Assembly: GCA_002269645.1 (NCBI GenBank)
Contig: NIVC01002445.1
Span: 1 to 64,000 of the forward strand
Length of the DNA: 64,000 nt
Source of the DNA: Macrostomum lignano
Lineage: Eukaryota
Direction: 5' to 3'
Made by a program: the position numbers and the translations under genes. Every line of letters begins with the position of its first letter. Positions within the stretch are counted from its first letter, which is position 1. A model generated the notes under the pieces. It did no database searches and was not told the origin of the DNA. It saw only the letters and a program-made list of their open reading frames with translations. This document shows, piece by piece, positions 59,835 through 64,000 of the stretch.

Positions 59835-60826
59835 ACGGAAATGAAAGGGTGCAACCAAGGAATGAAGGGGTGCAATCAGGGAATGAAGGGGTGCAATCAG
59901 GGAATGAAGGGGTGCAATCAGGGAATGAAGGGGTGCAATCAGGGAATGAAGGGGTGCAATCAGGGAATGAAGGGGTGCAATCAGGGAATGAAGGGGTGCA
60001 ATCAGGGAATGAAGGGGTGCGTGCAACAAGGGAATAAAGGGATGCGTGCAATCAGGGAATGAAGGGGTGCAACCAAGGAGTGAAGGGGTGCAGCTAAGGA
60101 GTGAAGGGGTGCAACCGAGAAATGAAGGGGTGCAATCAGGGAAATAAATGGGTGCAACCAAGGAATGAAGGGGTGCAACCAAGTAATGAAGGGGTGCAAC
60201 CAAGTAATGAAGGGGTGCAATCAGGGAATGAAGGGGTGCAACCAAGGAATGAAGGGGTGCGTGCAACAAGGGAATAAAGGGATGCGTGCAATCAGGGAAT
60301 AAAGGGATGCGTGCAACCAAGGAATGAAGGGGTGCATGCAACAAGGGAATAAAGGGGTGGCAACCAAGGGATGAAGGGGTGCAACCAAGGAATGAAGCTA
60401 GGGGTGCAACCAAGGAGTGAAGGGGTGCAGCCAAGGAATGAAGGGGTGCAACCAAGGAGTGAAGGGGTGCAGCCAAGGAATGGAGGGGTGCAATCAGGGA
60501 ATGAACAGTGAGGAAGGGGTGCAATCAGGGAATGAACAGTGAGGAAGGGGTGCAATCAGGGAATGAAGGGGTGCAACCAAGGAATGAAGGGGTGCAATCA
60601 GGGAATGAAGGGGTGCAACCAAGGAATGAAGGGGTGCAATCAGGGAATGAAGGGGTGCAACCAAGGAATGAAGGGGTGCAATCAGGGAATGAAGGGGTGC
60701 AACCAAGGAATGAAGGGGTGCAATCAGGAAATGAAGTGGTGCAACCAAGGAATGAAGGGGTGCAACCAGGGAATGAAGGGGTCAACAAAGGAATAAAGGG
60801 ATGCGTGCAATCAGGGAATGAAGTGG
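59835..60826. repeat. 21-bp minisatellite, ~45 units
   Basis: Unit GGAATGAAGGGGTGCAATCAG / ...GCAACCAA. Confidence 0.97.
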
Positions 60827-62929
60827 TGAACGACCTGTGTGACTCCCAGACCTGTGTGATCCCGCAGACCTGCGTGGTATAGCTGCAGGGTGGTCTGCGA
60901 CACAGCGGGAGGCAAGCTAGGGGTCGCCCATTCCGCTAACGTACATGTACCCCTATGTGGCATACTAAAGCCAATTCTGGTGACGCCCTATGAAATCAAA
61001 TCAAATAAATCTGCCACGGATATGCATTATATATGCGGACCGCAGAAACTGCAGTTGGTTATTTTCGAATCTCACTGTTCTCTGTAAAGCGGAAATATAC
61101 AGCACGAGATTGAAGCAGCTGATTCCGATTGCACGCTGCTGCCTGTAGTCCATGCATAGAAAATCTTGTTTCCAACATGCTCGCGCTTTTCCACAATTCA
61201 ATCAGTTTGTCTGCTCTTGTCTCCCGCTTTGCAAAAAAACTCTTAGGCTTTTCGTGCATCTTTCGACCGTACATCCACAGATCAGTGTTAAAAATAATAT
61301 GAATCAGTCAACAAAGGTATCGAGGCGTTTGCGAGAGATGAGATGTTAGCAGTTTGGTTAGGTTTCTTTAGTGCGATTTTCCTTGGAAAAGAATGATCGA
61401 AATATTTTGCTGAATGGAAAAGGTGGCTACTTCTGCAGAGACTACATGCAAGGCATGATGCGAATCATAAGAGGGAAGTTTCAGTACAGTGAATGATAAG
61501 GAGGCTGTGACCAGGGCCGTGTTTGTTTTAATTAAAAGTATATACGTGCAGTGCTCGCAATTTTTTTCCCTAAATTGCAATTCCCGCTGAAAAAATTTTC
61601 CGGTTATTTCGCATATAAAAGTCAAGGAAATGAAACTTTTTTAGATAAACGTGAAGCGAATTTTTGTTTTGGGAGATAATTTTCCGTTGATGATTAGATT
61701 ATCTCTTTAGTGAAGCCAAAAACAAGCATGTACTAATTAGACAGTAAAACATGGAGATTTTTTAGTTGAAGACAAAAGTGATGATGACATTATTGTCCTT
61801 TTTCACACCGCATGAATGGTCCAAAGAAGTCAACGGTTTTAAAAGCTGTAGATACATCTAAGTTAAACAAAATAGTTCTTTGTTGAATGACAAAATAACA
61901 TGCAGGTTATTTTAGAACTTAGCTAGTTTTGGAATAAAACTTTTGAAACTAGAATATTTTAAAATCCAAATTGTTTTAAAAACCGTGATAATTAATACGT
62001 TTTTGCTTTTTCTAAGACACTGAACTAGTACTGTATGGTGGATTGCAGTGTAAAGATGCAAGGCCACGTAAGGCATTATCGTGCCCACTAATTTTTTTGA
62101 TGAATACACTCTAGAAACTGATACGGATACTGATACACTCTAGAAAAAATATTTAAGCAATAATCATTCACCAATTCCAATTATTTCGCGTTTAGTTATG
62201 TTTATAATAACTGTTTTATCGTTCACATAAGCCAAGTTTAGAAGTTTGAGCGCTTGTGCTGTTTCTTTTCCCTCTTTTTTTCCTAGCCAATTTTCCTCAG
62301 TTTTTTAGACATATATTCAGTTATATTTTTTGTGCACAAGATGTTTTAAAGGAAACTGGAAGACAATTATATCATATATTGAAAGGTTGAAAGGAAATTA
62401 TAAAACAATTTAGCTAATTTTGCTCAAATTTTCTACCCATTCTTTCTGCTTTAAGTTTAATTTTAGTTAGTCAATTGTAAAAAAATTAAAAACATCTTAT
62501 ACCAACATCAAAAGCATGCTAAACATTAAAAATAAAGTAACTAGTATATAGTCTGCTTCTGTTCAGTATGTGAAAACTTTAGGCTTATGCATTATGAAAT
62601 CAGTTGTAAATAAATATATCCATACATTTTTCCTATTGTTGCAACTATGCTTTTTTAGCTTGTAGGTATAGAAAATTACACCAGTTTTGTAGCTTACAAT
62701 TGGAATATTAAGATGAACAAATGTATTAAAAAAATAAATCCAAGTATACTAAATCTAAGGTTTATATGTTTGTCCATAACGCTCTAGAGATTGCAATTCT
62801 TGACCTATTGTGATCACGTTTTCGCCAAATAATAAACTAAATTTGGCTAGTTGATCTTACTTTTTAGTAGAAATTTAATCCCTTTAGCACTGAGCAATTT
62901 CTTAGCCATGTTGCATGTACCATCACGAA

Positions 62930-63040
62930 ATTTTTTTTGATTGAACAGTGCAAGTTTGAAGAAAATTGGTTGAGCTGTTTTTTCTAAAATTGATCGCATA
63001 CCAATAGATAGATACCAATAGACCATTTTTAGTATATGGA
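62930..63040 (-). mobile_element. End of a non-autonomous Helitron-like element
   Basis: CAAGTTTGAAGAAAATTGGTTGAG...CTAAAATTGATC-(TAGA-like repeat)-ACCATTTTTAGTATATGG; matches the element end at 39100-39180. Confidence 0.45.
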
Positions 63041-63495
63041 AATGTAATATTAAAGGGCTAAATTTTTTATGAACATTGAATTTAAGAAAAATAAAGTAAA
63101 ATAAATTTCTAAGTAATAAAATAAAATTATAAAATGGCCTAATTTCCTATTACTAGTTATTATATCTTTGTCTTTGCTAAAATTGATTGATATTTCATTT
63201 TTAGTGATAGTTTGTTTGAATTTTTTTGTATTTATACAAATTTATTAGGCTATTTTTTAAATATTTTATAAAATATAAAATATTTTATTAAAATATTAAA
63301 ATATTAAAATATAAAATATTTTATTTAAATATTTTATAAAAATATTTATAAAAAGAAAAAAGTTATATTTACAAAAAAAATATCTTCAATACTTTAGCTT
63401 TTTCTTAAAATCTAAAAAGCATTCATAAGGAGCAAATCAACCAAGGTTCAAAAATGTGCATTTTTTAAATATAGCAATAGCGAATGCTGCAAATA

Positions 63496-64000
63496 CGAGG
63501 GGTGTCCCAAAAGTTCCCGGAATGTCTAACGTAGCTCTTCAACAGAGCCATGAAATTTCACGCCCATGGTGTCAAATGAAAGGAAATTCTGTCACAAAGA
63601 ATACAAAGTTAAAATCATGTTGATATCTTTTTTTATTCAAGAGCTACAGCAAGAAACTTGCGCAAAGGTCAGGGGTAGTGTTACACAACCTCAACAATCT
63701 ATGGCAATAATTTTTTCATCTCCATTTTTGGAGTTTTTCATTTTGAATTCGTGCTACTGACGTGTCAGAAAGACGTGGTAGTGGCTATGGAAAAAGCAGA
63801 AATGCTCATAAAGCTAATCTGAGCTTTTGCGCGAGTGCAGATAATTCGTACCAAGCGCTTGCTTTCAACTTGAAATTTCTTTGCAAAAATGAGTTCTCTT
63901 CAGAGCCTTGAAAGTCAGCGAAGTCAAGTTTTTGCCCTTTGGTCAGTAGGATGGAGTGGAGCCAAGATTTCTGACCACTTATTCTCCATCCACGGTGAGA
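63496..64000 (+). mobile_element. Left end of a mariner element, running off the window; transposase starts at 63889
   Basis: TA|CGAGGGGTGTCCCAAAAGT is a mariner-type TIR start. MSSLQSLESQRSQVFALWSVGWSGAKISDHLFSIHGE resembles the mariner N-terminal HTH (E.R..I.FL...G.S...I...L...YG). Confidence 0.75.

Overview
Eukaryotic (animal) genomic DNA with two sharply different halves. A free-living flatworm such as Macrostomum is only a low-confidence guess, based on the low-complexity protein style and the satellite load. Positions 1-36.1 kb are a deeply nested transposon cluster: Ty3/gypsy fragments and one LTR-bounded copy, two IS630/Tc1-like transposases, a Helitron helicase fragment, two PIF/Harbinger elements, a piggyBac split into three pieces, two near full-length LOA-like LINEs, a foldback element, and two remnants of a tyrosine-recombinase (Crypton-like) element. 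Positions 36.1-64 kb hold one host gene, a SoxB1-type HMG-box gene that is probably two-exon. It is surrounded by at least ten unrelated minisatellites and microsatellites and GC-rich non-coding islands, and a mariner element starts at the right edge. Best leads: (1) the Crypton-like element has att/FRT-like end architecture, with CCATAGAC direct repeats plus 14-bp arms at conserved spacing, visible only after removing a nested Harbinger; (2) the CCATAGAC/GTCTATGG octamer occurs about 21 times, at junctions or subtermini of unrelated elements, and only in the TE half; (3) a four-hairpin array with a GCGT-ACG-ACGC apical motif sits at the boundary between the halves; (4) the two LINEs share a covarying 3'-UTR structure; (5) the SoxB1 gene appears to contain an intron. 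All calls come from reading the sequence by eye; no searches or folding programs were run.
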